Below are positions 24,269 through 37,470 of a DNA stretch of 64,000 nt, piece after piece. The DNA lies in NCBI GenBank assembly GCA_002269645.1, contig NIVC01003464.1, positions 1-64,000 on the forward strand, given 5' to 3'. The first letter of the stretch is position 1; each line of letters opens with the position of its first letter. The translations under genes and the position numbers were made by a program. This DNA comes from Macrostomum lignano. Lineage: Eukaryota. The notes under the pieces are model-generated. The model saw nothing but the letters and a program-made list of their open reading frames with translations, was not told the DNA's origin and made no database searches.

Positions 24269-24948
24269 ATTATGTGATACCAATAATATGGCCATGGCCA
24301 TGGTACTACAAACAAAATGATTTTCACTTATTCCTGGAAAAACTGTTTAAAAGGTATATTATACAAGTCACAAGAACTGGAATGTAATTAAGTATATTAA
24401 CGCTATATACCATTTGCCTTTGCAAATCTAAGTTCCATAGCTAGCTAGAGGCCAATTAAAGTTAAAATCGTTAAACTTAATTTTTATGGGGAAATTTTAA
24501 ATTTTCTACTTTCAATGATTTCATAGTGAAACTTCTGACCTGAAGTCTTTAAAAAATTGATGCAATCAACTTTTTCTGCTTTGATTGACATTGGAGCTTG
24601 CATTGGCAAAAGCAAATAAATAATGGTACTGACATGGATAGGCAACTATTTACACTGAAGGAATACTTTATAGCAATAATAATATTAATAACAACAAACC
24701 AATCAGTATTCAACTGTGCGGTACATTTCAAAATACGAGCGTAAGTGTCAGAATTAACAGCATAATAACCAGTACAAGAATACCAAACTTTAGAATGAAT
24801 ACAGCTCCATCCATTCACATTGACATCCAGAAACTTTCATTGAAGATAGCCACGAACTGAAAATTAGTTTAAGGATTAATTTAGTGAGCAATTAGTGCAT
24901 TGTTATTTGTTGTTTTCATTCTACCTGGCTCTAGATATGAGTCTGGAC

Positions 24949-25401
24949 CACAGATACTAGAATAACTAGATGGGCCACTCAGCACATTTGCGTGTAAGCT
25001 ACTTTCAGTTCAGTAGCAAGTTAAACAGAAGCATTTTAATGTATTTTTAAAGCCAAGGCTTATTTATTGACTCTTACCCCGCTTTAAACCCTCTAAATGT
25101 GCCTTTCCACACTAAACCCCCCCCGCCCCGCCCCCAATTTAATTGCCTTTCTCGGGGGAATTCCAGCCTAAAGCTGCCATGTACATTTCAGTGGACTGGC
25201 CAATGTACATTATTGCTGAATCAATTAGCAAGTTGTTTACGGCTGCAAGCTTGGGCTTCTAAACTTATTAAAGTCATTTCAGTTGCCTTTATTTTTATAA
25301 AATAAAGCTTATATATTCTTCTTTGCTACTGAACTGAAAGTAGAAATGTTTTACTAAGTATATACGCCTGAGTGGCCCATGTAGCTATTTTAGTATCTAA
25401 G
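24949..25401. mobile_element. hAT-like MITE (453 bp) with perfect 8-bp TSD
   Basis: TIRs CACAGATACTAGAATAACTAGATGGGCCACTCAG / CTGAGTGGCCCATGTAGCTATTTTAGTATCTAAG; GTCTGGAC at 24941-48 and 25402-09. Second copy in opposite orientation at 42998. Confidence 0.85.
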
Positions 25402-25479
25402 GTCTGGACTGGGATGGCTTTTCCAGATCCTCATTTTTCACAGGAAATGACACAGCAAAGGGGATCGTTTAAAGACATC

Positions 25480-25800
25480 AAATATATCGATGTTACCATT
25501 CCAGATTCTAGGTCTAGATCTCGTTGGCGCTATAGGCCTCTAGGCGTAGCTACGCTATGGCTACTACTCCAGATTTTAGATCTAGATCTCCTTGACCTAG
25601 GCCTTTAGATGTATCTGCACTTTGGTTACTGCTCCAGATTCTGGGTCTAGATCTCCTTGTCCAAGGACTTTTGATTCAGTAGCTGTATTTTGGTTACTGC
25701 TCCAGATTCTAGATCTAGATCTCCTTGTCCTAGGACTTTTGATTCAGTAGCTGTACAGTGGATACTGCTCCAGATTCTAGATCTAGATCTCCTTGAAACC
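25480..25800. repeat. Degenerate ~67 bp tandem repeat (TACTGCTCCAGATTCTAGATCTAGATCTCCTTG...)
   Basis: TACTGCTCC recurs at ~25629, 25696 and 25763. Confidence 0.75.
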
Positions 25801-25836
25801 GAATATTCCCAATCCTGATTCAGCGGCCCGCCTCAC

Positions 25837-28800
25837 CGGCCAGCCTGCTGGCCTCGGTGCCGACGTGCTCCCGCTCGGCCAAGGCCAGTTCGCGGCGGCG
25901 CCGCTCCTCGGCCAGCGACAGGCCGCCCAGCTCCTGCCGGGTGAACTCCTGCAGGCTGTAGCCAGCCAGCACCCGACGGATTCGAGCTTTTCGATCGGTA
26001 GCGGCGGCCGAGTCGTCGAATTCGGCATGGCTGACGTTATTTGGGCCGCGGAGCGCCATCGAGTTCAGCTGCTCCTGCACTGACACGGACTTGACGTGGC
26101 TGTTGGAGGCGTACCGGCGCTGCGGCAAGGGTGGCGGCTGCTGCTGCATTGGCCGGGGAGGCGGAACTTCTGGCGCGTTCAGCGAAGTCACAGAGAGGGC
26201 CTGCTCTACACGGGGTCTGCGATTGACTGCAATAGATTTGATTGGTAATTATAGGGTATTTACTAGAGCGTGGAATTCATTTGTTTCATTACATACTACT
26301 AATAGTAGTTTTCAGTAGGCAAAATATTTTATTAAGTTTAGAAAAAAATTGTGCTTCTTTAAATAGCTAGAATTAAATGAGGGCTTTAAAAGAGCCCTTG
26401 TACGGGCTGAAGGGCTAAAATACTGATCAAATAAGACTGAAATTTCACATCGTAGAAAATTCAATATGAGGGCCGCCAAAGAACGCCAATAATTTTGCAT
26501 GGTCCTTATTGTATTAAAGTTTCTACGATGTGAAATTGCGGCGTTATGAAAGTTTGGTATTTTGAAAGCGACCCAATTAAATACTCAGATCCTAGATGAA
26601 GAAGGTTCACACTGAATGGTTGTGAACATGTGGCTTCTTTAAAATTCGCTCGTTCGAGCTTAACTTGTTCCAACAGCAAGGTCTAACTCCTTTTCACTGC
26701 GAAGCTCCCTAGAAACGAGCCTGGGACCTCTTCAATAAAGCGATGCAAACGCTGGCTCACCTTCTGAATGACCGCCCACGCTCGGACGCAACGACGGGTT
26801 GCTGATGCCAGACGCGCCAAAGTATCCGCTCTCGCCGTCGGCCTCGCCGTAGTCGTAGCCGCTGAGGTCGACTGCGTTCAGCGCAGGCGTCGAAACCGCC
26901 GCTCGAAGCGACGAAGCGGCAGACCGCGCTGTTGATGGGCCGGCGCCTCCGACGCCGCCTCCGGCAGCAATAAGTCGGCGAGGAAATTTAGCGGCCAAAT
27001 CGATGCACTCGCCGGTGTCCAAGTCGGTCTCCAGGTAGGTGCCGCGGTTGCCAAGGCGTCTCCGATTGGCACCGGTGACGGCGACTGCCGCAGTGCCCCG
27101 CCTGCCCAGTTCGGCCATGAAGTCGGCGAGGCCGGACTTTCTGCGCCGGTGCTCAGCGTAGGCGGCCTCCAGCGCGGCCAGCTCGGATTCCAGGCGGCGG
27201 CGAGTCCGACGGAACTCTACGTCGCCGCTGTCGCCGCCGCCGGCAATGTCGATTTCAACGGTTGCAGCAGGGTCCGAAGACTGGCACTGGCGGGCGATCT
27301 CCATCTCCTGGCGGCGCCGCTGCCGCCCGATGACTGGGTTGGACGGCTTGGCCTGGCCCGGCTGCAGCAGGTGCCGCCGGTACTCGCTAGCGAATGCCAG
27401 ATCGTCTCCCTGGTACATGGCGCCCATGGCGATGATGTTGGCTATGAAGCTGAGCAGCGGCTCGCTCAGCTCCGCCTGCTGTTCGGCCTCGCGAATCTCC
27501 TGGCGCAGCCGTTCGGCCGTGGCGGAGGCGACCGGGTGGGAGCCGATGAGGCGGAGGCAGTGCTCGCGGCGACGCTCCAGGGCGGCCTTCTCCCGCTGCA
27601 GCTGGATGAGCAGCAGCAGCAGCTCGTCGTGCGGCTTGCCGAGCAGATCGGAGGCGGCGATGCTCATCCGCTTGGCCAGGCCGCTGACCGGGTAGCGGCG
27701 ACGGATCTCCTCTAGGGGCGCCGTGGCCTGCCGATCGATGGGATACTCAGTGAGAGATACTCAGTGAGAGATACTCAGTGAGAGATACTCAGTGAGAGAT
27801 ACTCAATGAGAGATACTCAGTGAGAGATACTCAATGAGAGATACTCAGTGAGAGATACTCAGTGAGAGATACTCAGTGAGAGATACTCAGTGAGAGTTAC
27901 TCAGTGAGACATTCGCAATGAGAGATACTCAGTGAGAGATACTCAGTGAGAGATTCTCAATGAGAGATACCCAGTGAGAGATACTCAGTGAGAAATACTC
28001 AGTGAGAGATACTCAGTGAGAGATACTCAATGAGAGATACTCAGTGAGAGATACTCAATGAGAGATAATCAATGAGAGATACTCAGTGAGAGATACTCAA
28101 TGAGAGATAATCAATGAGAGATACTCAGTGAGAGATACTCAGTGAGAGATACTCAGTGAGAGATACTCAATGAGAGATACTCAGTGAGAGATACTCAATG
28201 AGAGATACTCAGTGAGAGATACTCAATGAGAGATACTCAGTGAGAGATACTCAGTGAGAGATACTCAATGAGAGATACTCAGTGAGAGATACTCAATGAG
28301 AGATAATCAATGAGAGATACTCAGTGAGAGATACTCAGTGAGAGATAAGCAGTGAGGGATACCCAAGAGATAATCAGTCAGAGATACCCAATTAGAGATA
28401 ATCAGTGAGAGATACCCAATGGGAGATACTCAGTGAGGGATACCCAATGAGAGATACTTAGTGAGAGATACCCAGTGAGAAATACTCAGTGAGAAATACC
28501 CAATGAGAGATAATCTGTGAGATATACCCAATGGGAGATACTCAGTGAGAGATACTCAGTGAGAGATACTCAGTGAGAGATACCCAGTGAGAAATATTCA
28601 GTGAGAGATACTCAATGAGAGATACCCAGTGAGAGATACTCAGTGAGGATACTCAATGAGAGATCTCAGTGAGAGATACTCAGTGAGAGATACTCAATGA
28701 GAGATCTCAGCGAGAGATACTTAATGAGAGACCTCAGTGAGAGATACTCAATGAGAGATCTCAGCGAGAGATACTCAATGAGAGATACTCAGTGAGAGAT

Positions 28801-31800
28801 ACTCAATGAGAAATACTCAAACTCAATAACCAAAAGTCTATCGTATACGCAGAAAAGAACGCTTGTTCCTGAACTCACCAGCACTTGAGTATCATCCATG
28901 GCGGGGTCCTCTCTCACAGTTTCAATCATCCGCAAGTTGCCGGCTGGGCTGCCGCCGTTTGTCCAGCGCGGCCCGCCTGCAGGAAGACAAGTCGGACGGC
29001 CCGAGATGGAGAAGAGGCAGGTCAGTTCAGTGGAGACGTACGTGTTTGCCTCTGTACTCAGAGAGAGTACTGTTCCCACCCATGAGGGCAAGGTCGCAAG
29101 ACATAGTGAGTGTGCCATACATGCCTGACAATAAGAAACTAGGGGCCGCCGTGTGCACACCCTGTGTGAGCGTGTGTACACCCTGTGTGAGCGTGTGTAC
29201 ACCCTGTGTGAGCGTGTGTACACCCTGTGTGAGCGTGTGTACACCCTGTGTGAGCGTGTGTACACCCTGTGTGAGCGTGTGTACACCCTGTGTGAGCGTG
29301 TGTACACCCTGTGTGAGCGTGTGTACACCCTGTGTGAGCGTGTGTACACCCTGTGTGAGCGTGTGTACACCCTGTGTGAGCGTGTGTACACCCTGTGTGA
29401 GCGTGTGTACACCCTGTGTGAGCGTGTGTACACCCTGTGTGAGCGTGTGTACACCCTGTGTGAGCGTGTGTACACCCTGTGTGAGCGTGTGTACACCCTG
29501 TGTGAGCGTGTGTACACCCTGTGTGAGCGTGTGTACACCCTGTGTGAGCGTGTGTACACCCTGTGTGAGCGTGTGTACACCCTGTGTGAGCGTGTGTACA
29601 CCCTGTGTGAGCGTGTGTACACCCTGTGTGAGCGTGTGTACACCCTGTGTGAGCGTGTGTACACCCTGTGTGAGCGTGTGTACACCCCGTGTGAGCGTGT
29701 GTACAGTGTATGTGTGTCGACATGACTGCTTGTCTCCTCACTGGCTGCGGGTCAGCTGGAAAAACCTCAGACGATTTCCAGTTCATCAAACCGACACTCA
29801 CCGCCAGCTCCAGCAGCAGCAGCAGCAGCAGCAGGTGCTACTCCGTTATTGACGTGAACAGATCGACTGACATACTGCCGCTGGTATTGCTGCTGCTGCT
29901 GTTGTTGCTGCTGCTTCCAGACTGCAGCAGTGTTGGGCTCACGAACCACCGCGTAGTGAGCCTCCTCTGGTTCATCAGCAACGCGACGAAGACTGCCGCT
30001 GCCCCTACTAGAAGCAGCGGCAGAGTAGACAGCGTAAGGCAGCTGATAGTCCGGCTGCTGCAGTCCGGCGCCTCGAGCTACCGGCTCTCCTGACAGGTCG
30101 AGGTTCGGCTGCGACACGGTCAGCTGGCGACGATAGTTGCGCAATTCTGAGCCACCGCCGCCGCCCAGTTGCCGATCGCGCTGAAGATCGCTGCTGGTAA
30201 CTACCGTGTCTGTTAGTGTAATGAGTGACGCTGTGGCATCAATGAGTGACGCTGTGTCATTAATGAGTGACGCTGTGGCATCAATGAGTGACGCTGTGGC
30301 ATCAATGAGTGACGCTGTGTCATTAATGAGTGACGCTGTGGCATCAATGAGTGACGCTGTGGCATCAATGAGTGACGCTGTGTCATTAATGAGTGACGCT
30401 GTGGCATCAATGAGTGACGCTGTGGCATCAATGAGTGACGCTGTGGCATCAATGAGTGACGCTGTGTCATTAATGAGTGACGCTGTGGCATCAATGAGTG
30501 ACGCTGTGGCATCAATGAGTGACGCTGTGGCATCAATGAGTGACGCTGTGGCATCAATGAGTGACGCTGTGGCATCAATGAGTGACGCTGTGGCATCAAT
30601 GAGTGACGCTGTGGCATCAATGAGTGACGCTGTGGCATCAATGAGTGACGCTGTGGCATCAATGAGTGACGCTGTGTCATTAATGAGTGACTTCTTTGTA
30701 AACAATACTAACTTGAGAGTAAGCACGGAGTTTGAAAACTCACAATTACTGCCGTACATGTCCGAGTGTCTCTGAAATTCAAATCGAAAAATGCTACTAA
30801 TTACTAAAAGCATACAGTTAACTTTCTTGCCTTAGACTAACATTATCTGTGTAGCTATCGTCTCACTCTACCACTCCCCGTTGTCATTCTCACCTGACGC
30901 TACCATTTCCGGTTGCAAGTTACACCCAGTAACACAACCATTTCCGGTTGCAATTTACACCCGATAATACAACCATTTCCGGTTGCAATTTACACCCGAT
31001 AATACAACCATTTCCGGTTGCAATTTACACCCGATAATACAACCATTTCCGGTTGCAATTCACACCCGATAACACAACCATTTCCGGTTGCAATTTACAC
31101 CCGATAATACAACCATTTCCGGTTGCAATTTACACCCGATAATACAACCATTTCCGGTTGCAATTTACACCCGATAATACAACCATTTCCGGTTGTAAGT
31201 TACACCCGATAACACAACCATTTCCGGTTGTAAGTTACACCCATGACACTACCATTTCCGGTTGCAATTTACACCCATGACACTACCATTTCCGGTTGCA
31301 ATTGACACCTATGACATTACCATTTTCATTTGCAATTTACACCTATGACATTACCATTTCCATTTGCAATTTACACCCATGACACTACCATTTCCGGTTG
31401 CAATTGACACCTATGACATTACCATTACCATTTGCAATTTACACCTATGACATTACCATTTCCGGATGCAATTTTTTTCCGGTTGCAATTTCCATTTCTG
31501 GTTGCAATTTACACCTACTCGTAATAACACAGGTTATTTCGGTTATTTCCGGTTGCAGATTACGCCATCTTTACCTGCGCATGACCAGCCCAACCGCTGC
31601 TAATCTGGTTTTGCCGCTGCTGCACCTGCGGCTGATGGGCGGAAGTCGCCACCAGCAGAGCCTGGTACCAGTCGTCAAACTCTTCGGGCGTACCGGTGCT
31701 GAGGTACACTGCCACCTGGTTAGGCTCTTCCAGCTGGGAATTAAACGAGTTGAATTTTGTTGGAATTCTTTCGATTGGCGTGTCTCTAGAAAATATTAAA

Positions 31801-33208
31801 CAAATAGTTTTACAACCCTGGGTACCTTAATAGAGCTTCGATATTGCCCGGTAGAATCGTGGGACTGAGTCACTCTGGCGGTTGACAACAGCAGGGCGTA
31901 CAGGCACTCTTTGCTGTCTGGATCTGCAGAATTGTATGTCAGGGCGTAACTGGTGCGCATATTGGGCCAGTTTATGGTCACGGTATGCCGGTAGCCACTC
32001 ACCTTTGTACAGGTACAGGCAGTGGTCACTGAGGACCGCCCATCGACGCTTCCAGCCACTTATGCCATTGGCTGTCTCCTAGAAGGAAAGTTCAAGTGTC
32101 TGCTTTTAGCTAGGCTTGGAGTGTCTGCATTTAGATACTCCAGTTTTTAGTGCGTCCAGGTACGAGGCTGTGAATAGGGAGTGGGTAAGACTGTAAATAG
32201 GGAGTAGATAGACTGTGAATAGTGAGTGGGTAAGACCGTGAATAGTGAGTGGGTAAGACCGTGAATAGGGAGTAGATAGACTAAATAGGGAGTAGATAGA
32301 CTGAATAGGGAGTAGATAGACTGAATAGAGAGTAGATAGACTGAATACGGAGTGGGTAAGACTGTGAATAGGGAGTAGATAGACTGTGAATAGTGAGTGG
32401 GTAAGACCGTGAATAGGGAGTAGATAGACTGAATAGGGAGTGGGTAAGACTGTGAATAGGGAGTAGATAGACTTGAATAGGGAGTGGGCAAGACCGTGAA
32501 TAGGGAGTAGATAGACTGAATAGGGAGTGGGTAAGACCGTGAATAGGGAGTAGATAGACTGAATAGGGAGTGGGTAAGACTGTGAATAGGGAGTAGATAA
32601 GACTGTGAATAGAGAATAGATAAGACTGTGAATAGGGAGTAGATAAGACTGTGAAAAAGGAGTAGATAAGACTGTGAATAGGGAGTAGATAAGACTGTGA
32701 ATAGGGAGTAGATAAGACTGTGAATAGGGAGTAGATAAGACTGTGAATAGGGAGTAAGTAAGACTGTGAATAGGGAGTAGATAAGACTGTGAATAGGGAG
32801 TAGATAGACTGTGAATAGGGAGTAGATAAGACTGTGAATAGGGAGTAGATAAGACTGTGAATAGGGAGTAGATAAGACTGTGAATAGGGAGTAAGTAAGA
32901 CTGAATAGGGAGTAGATAAGACTGTGAATAGGGAGTAGATAGACTGTGAATAGGGAGTAGATAAGACTGTGAATAGGGAGTAAGTAAGACTGTGAATAGG
33001 GAGTAGATAAGACTGTGAATAGGGAGTAGATAAGACTGTGAATAGGGAGTAGAAAAGACTGTGAATATGGAGTAGATAAGACTGTAAATAGGGAGTAGAT
33101 AGGACTGTGAATATGGAGTAGATAAGACTGTGAATAGGGAGAGTAGACTGTGAAAACTCACGTATCTCAGCAGGTAGCCCTGACGATCAAGGCTTCGCAT
33201 TGGTGGCA

Positions 33209-33240
<32 letters not shown>

Positions 33241-33248
33241 AGCGACAT
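25837..33248 (-). CDS. PH-domain/coiled-coil protein, PLEKHA5/6/7 (Kramer)-like; exons 33162-33248, 32003-32078, 31826-31923, 31575-31733, 30744-30771, 29802-30209, 28879-28976, ~26761-27729, 25837-26205; 3' end not located
   Basis: Spliced PH domain DRQGYLLRY|ETANGISGWKRRWAVLSDHCLYLYK|DPDSKECLYALLL...|...FDDWYQAL with GT-AG junctions in phase. Later KRMSIAASDLLGKPHDELLLLLIQLQR coiled coil and YLETDLD. One junction (28879 to ~27729) is out of phase. Confidence 0.78.
27742..28812. repeat. Intronic minisatellite, 14 bp unit GATACTCAGTGAGA (~75 copies)
   Basis: Tandem periodicity; array ends ~13 nt from the 3' splice site. Confidence 0.95.
29075..29705 (+). repeat. Family X copy with internal 21 bp unit GTACACCCTGTGTGAGCGTGT expanded (~26 copies)
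   Basis: Family X head (CATGAGGGC...ACATGCCTGAC...GGGCCGCCGTGTG) runs directly into the array. Confidence 0.9.
30219..30690. repeat. Intronic minisatellite, 21 bp unit AATGAGTGACGCTGTGGCATC (~22 copies)
   Basis: Tandem periodicity; abuts the 3' splice site at 30210. Confidence 0.95.
30900..31560. repeat. Intronic minisatellite, 35 bp unit AACCATTTCCGGTTGCAATTTACACCCGATAATAC
   Basis: Tandem periodicity, degenerating towards 31560. Confidence 0.9.
32170..33155. repeat. Intronic minisatellite, ~23 bp unit GTGAATAGGGAGTAGATAAGACT
   Basis: Tandem periodicity; begins immediately after the first donor of the PH gene. Confidence 0.92.
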
Positions 33249-33519
33249 GAGCAAAGAATGTTTTTCAAGATTCAGGGCTGTAAAAAGCATGCATTACACT
33301 AATGATTAATGCTATTAGATTCTTAGAAACTATTGACAATGATTTTAAAAGCTCTATATAGTCCTGTAGTAGAATTATAGGACAATTTGAGTGCCGCACA
33401 ACTAATGTACACTTGGATTGTGAGCAGTCGGATAAAAATGGGGGTTAAAGGGTTGATTCAATCATTCTATTGGGTGCCAAGCAGATCTCTGGGGCGGACC
33501 TGTTTGGGGAGGATGCGGA

Positions 33520-34103
33520 GGGGGGGGGGGTAAGACGCGAGACCAGTAGCGCATGGACCCCTGAAGATCTCAGTGGACTGGTGTCAACTTCTACAACTTC
33601 TAGCTCCTGTGCTTAGTGCTGGAATCTAATGCGGATTCGACAGTATGGAGAAAAGAGTGTAGTGTAAAGCGAAGAGTGTAGATTTTAGATTTTAGAGTGT
33701 GTAGAGTGAATATTTTATAGCGTAGATTGTAGTGTACAGTGTAGATAGCAAAGTGTAGATTTTATAGTATAAATTGCAGAGTGTAGATTGTAGAGTGTAG
33801 ATTGCAGACTGTAGATTTAAAAGTGTAGATTTTTATAGTATAGATTGTAGAGTGTAGATTGTAGTGTTGATAGTAAAATAAAGAGTGTAGATGGTAGATT
33901 GTCGAATGTAGATTATAGATTGTAGCGTGTAGATTGTAGAGTGCAGAGTGCAGATTGTAGAGTGTAAAGTGTAGAATTTAGAGTGTAAAGTGTAACAAGC
34001 ATGAAGATTTTACACTCAATACTCTCCTTCAAGGCCTCCTAGACTCATTTCCAGTCCAGGCAAGTTTCAGGGGTCCCTGCGCAGGGCCAATACCCCCCCC
34101 CCA
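33520..34103. mobile_element. Degenerate inverted-repeat-bounded element enclosing a (GTGTAGA/TTGTAGA)n tract
   Basis: GCGCATGGACCCCTGAA...TGGACTGG preceded by a G run (33520-33581) is inverted with CCAGTCCA...TTCAGGGGTCCCTGCGC followed by a C run (34048-34103). Confidence 0.45.
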
Positions 34104-35159
34104 GTGTGTACTCTGTAAACCGCAGCTCAATCGAGAGAGACGCGCTGCTCAAGCAGTAAGAAAATCGATTGCCTAAAGCGGCAAAAAACAATGAAAACAT
34201 GAACGGTTGAGGAGAGCTACTGCTGGCGTATTGAAAAACACTATCCTGTATTGGAATGAACTTTAAACTACTGCTGATCGGGCGTGTCCTGGGTAAACGG
34301 CAGGAGAAACTATACGCGTATTTTTCAAAGCAAATTCCTCGTCATCTACTTAGTTAAATAAATAAGTCTAGAAACAAACTCTGTGCAAAACCACGCACCA
34401 ACGGTTACTACATGCATTTATTAGATTTAGGGAAAACCTAGGATAATAAATGGGGAGACAACAGTCGGGATGAATCTAATATAATAAGCTAAGAGTACTA
34501 GTGCTCCATTCGCTAGATTGGGAGTACGAGTTGTCAATCATTGAAATTAGAATACGGTTTAGTTACAGGTGAACTAGCAGATAAAATAGATTTAATTAAC
34601 ACGCGGTGAAAGACCTAATACATAAGCCTAATACACTTCACCTGGGTTGGCATTTTGAAAGAAAAGTTACATCATAGCAAATGTGGCAGCTAGGGCTTTT
34701 GACAGATAAATGACTACAGAAAAAGCAAAGTTCCGCTTCTGACAGCCCGACTTGTAGCAGCACCAACTCAAGCGAGTGGTTAAACTTCTAAAACTGAAAA
34801 AGTCGACAGTGTAAAAATTTTAATAAAAAAAACTAAAAATCAAATGTCAAAAAATAAAAACAAAATCAAATACAAGAAGTCATTCCACTCTATTTCCATT
34901 GTCAGCTCACATCAGTTGTACAACAGAAACAAGAAATTTATCCAGTTGGAAGAGCTAGGCTGAAAACTGTCAGAAATCGCAATTCAGTTAAACAAATTTC
35001 ACAAAACACGAATGCGGATAGGGGCGGATGCGGTCACAACGAGTGCTTGATGTTGAATAGGGTTTGGATAGAAATAGTTAAACTGCCTTTAATACACTGC
35101 TGCCTGATACCCAATATACGACTATCTGCATGGCTCGCTGCAAAATCTGCTTTCAGGAT

Positions 35160-36055
35160 TTGGGAGGCTAGCCTAGCAACTGAAGATCTGGGAGGCTGGC
35201 CCAGCAACTGAGGATCTGGGAGGCTGGCCCAGCAACTGAGGATTTGGGAGGCTGGTCCAGCAACTGAGGATCTGGGAGGCTGGCCCAGCAACTGAGGATC
35301 TGGGAGGCTGGCCCAGCAACTGAGGATTTGGGAGGCTGGTCCAGCAACTGAGAATTTGGGAGGCTGGTCCAGCAACTGAGAATCTGGGAGGCTGGCCCAG
35401 CAAGTAAGGATTTGGGAGGCTGGTCCAGCAACTGAGGATCTGGGAGGCTGGTCCAGCAACTGAGGATTTGGGAGGCTGGTCCAGCAAATGAGGATTTGGG
35501 AGGCTGGTCCAGCAACTGAGGATCTGGGAGGCTGGTCCAGCAACTGAGGATCTGGGAGGCTGGTCCAGCAACTGAGAATTTGGGAGGCTGGTCCAGCAAC
35601 TGAGGATCTGGGAGGCTGGCCCAGCAAGTAAGGATTTGGGAGGCTGGCCCAACAACTGAGGATCTGGGAGGCTGGTCCAGCAACTGAGGATTTGGGAGGC
35701 TGGTCCAGCAACTGAGGATCTGGGAGGCTGGCCCAGCAACTGAGGATCTGGGAGGCTGGCCCAGCAACTGAGGATCTGGGAGGCTGGCCCAGCAACTGAG
35801 GATTTGGGAGGCTGGTCCAGCAACTGAGGATCTGGGAGGCTGGCCCAGCAACTGAGGATTTGGGAGGCTGGTCCAGCAACTGAGGATCTGGGAGGCTGGC
35901 CCAGCAACTGAGGATTTGGGAGGCTGGTCCAGCAACTGAGGATCTGGGAGGCTGGCCCAGCAACTGAGGATTTGGGAGGCTGGTCCAGCAACTGAGGATC
36001 TGGGAGGCTGGCCCAGCAACTGAGGGTCTGGGAGGGCAGCCCAGCAACTGAGTAT
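35160..36055. repeat. Minisatellite, 28 bp unit GGGAGGCTGGCCCAGCAACTGAGGATCT (~31 copies)
   Basis: Tandem periodicity read directly. Confidence 0.95.
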
Positions 36056-36844
36056 CTGGGTGGTGGGCAGGTATAAGCAGGTTGGGGCAGCTCAAGCCAG
36101 CAGACATATTTACTGAAGAGTTCGGCAAGTAAGTATCGGAGCCCGGTCGAGGCCCAAAAAATCAACAGCGAAAAATCGAATCAAAAATGATAAAAAACTG
36201 GTTATAAAAACGCTGAGGTGATAAATATAGGTCTATATATTCGTTGCAGACGCAATGCAGAGTGTGGGCTGGCTTGGCTTGGGATTTCGAGGTGCAAATT
36301 CTCAAATTCTGTCTTCGGTGCAGAATTACATAAACGGTACAGACTGGTGCAGGGTGCAAGGCAGCCCAGTGACAACACAGAATATTCATAGCTAGGTTAG
36401 ACTGCAGCGACCTAGAACACAGCGACAAAGAATTCAGCGACAACAGCAATATACTACTAAAAGCAACTACAGCTTTTTTGATACTATTTTTATGCGAATT
36501 TAAACAGTTTGAAACGCATCAATGCTATGGACGCTAAACCTGCCAGTCTACAAAATAGGCGTGTTTTCGTGTATTTGGAGTACAGTTTTCAAAATTTTCA
36601 ACAGTAAATATCAATTGTGTCAAGTTGGAGTAGTCTGTCAACATCGAGTCTGCAGACTTTTGAACTTCTGCAGGGGTCAGAGAGGCTCATCAGAGTAAAG
36701 GGTAGGGTAGAAATGATTGATTTAAAGTGTCTTGTTTGGTCATAAAGTACATGTACTTTTACTTTTACAGGCAGCCTCTGACGCATCTGACAATGTAATG
36801 GCCGATAATGGCAGCGTATGGTCGAGGGGTTGTCATGATTTACA

Positions 36845-37470
36845 GCCATGAGGGCCAACCCCCAAGGCGCAGAGAGTGTACATGCCTGACGATTGGAAAG
36901 TCAAAGCTGGCCGATGTACACCCTGTGTGAGCGTGTGTACACCCTGTGTGAGCGTGTGTACACCCTGTGTGAGCGTGTGTACACCCTGTGTGAGCGTGTG
37001 TACACCCTGTGTGAGCGTGTGTACACCCTGTGTGAGCGTGTGTACACCCTGTGTGAGCGTGTGTACACCCTGTGAGAGCGTGTGTACACCCTGTGTGAGC
37101 GTGTGTACACCCTGTGTGAGCGTGTGTACACCCTATGTGAGCGTGTGTACACCCTGTGTGAGCGTGTGTACACCCTGTGTGAGCGTGTGTACACCCTGTG
37201 TGAGCGTGTGTACACCCTGTGAGAGCGTGTGTACACCCTGTGTGAGCGTGTGTACACCCTGTGTGAGCGTGTGTACACCCTATGTGAGCGTGTGTACACC
37301 CTGTGTGAGCGTGTGTACACCCTGTGTGAGCGTTTGTATGAGTGCGTGCCAGCGGAATGGGCAGAATTGCCTCAACGCTGGTTGTGGGGTGATTTCGCCG
37401 AAGCGCTTGCGCCAGGGTGCCCCACAGCCCAGCTGCGAGTTATTAATTAATTATTAATTAATTATTAAAT
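36845..37470 (+). repeat. Family X copy with the same 21 bp unit expanded (~20 copies) and an AT-rich tail
   Basis: Head CATGAGGGCCAACCCCC...GTACATGCCTGACGATTGGAAAGTCA, array 36915-37335, tail (TTAA/ATT)n at 37440-37470. Confidence 0.9.

Noticed and set aside
36880-36920. Hammerhead-like CTGACGA-TTG-GAAA in family X
   Set aside because: Only 3 nt lie between the core halves (no stem II), stems I and III do not pair cleanly, and GAAA is not conserved in the 8290 copy.
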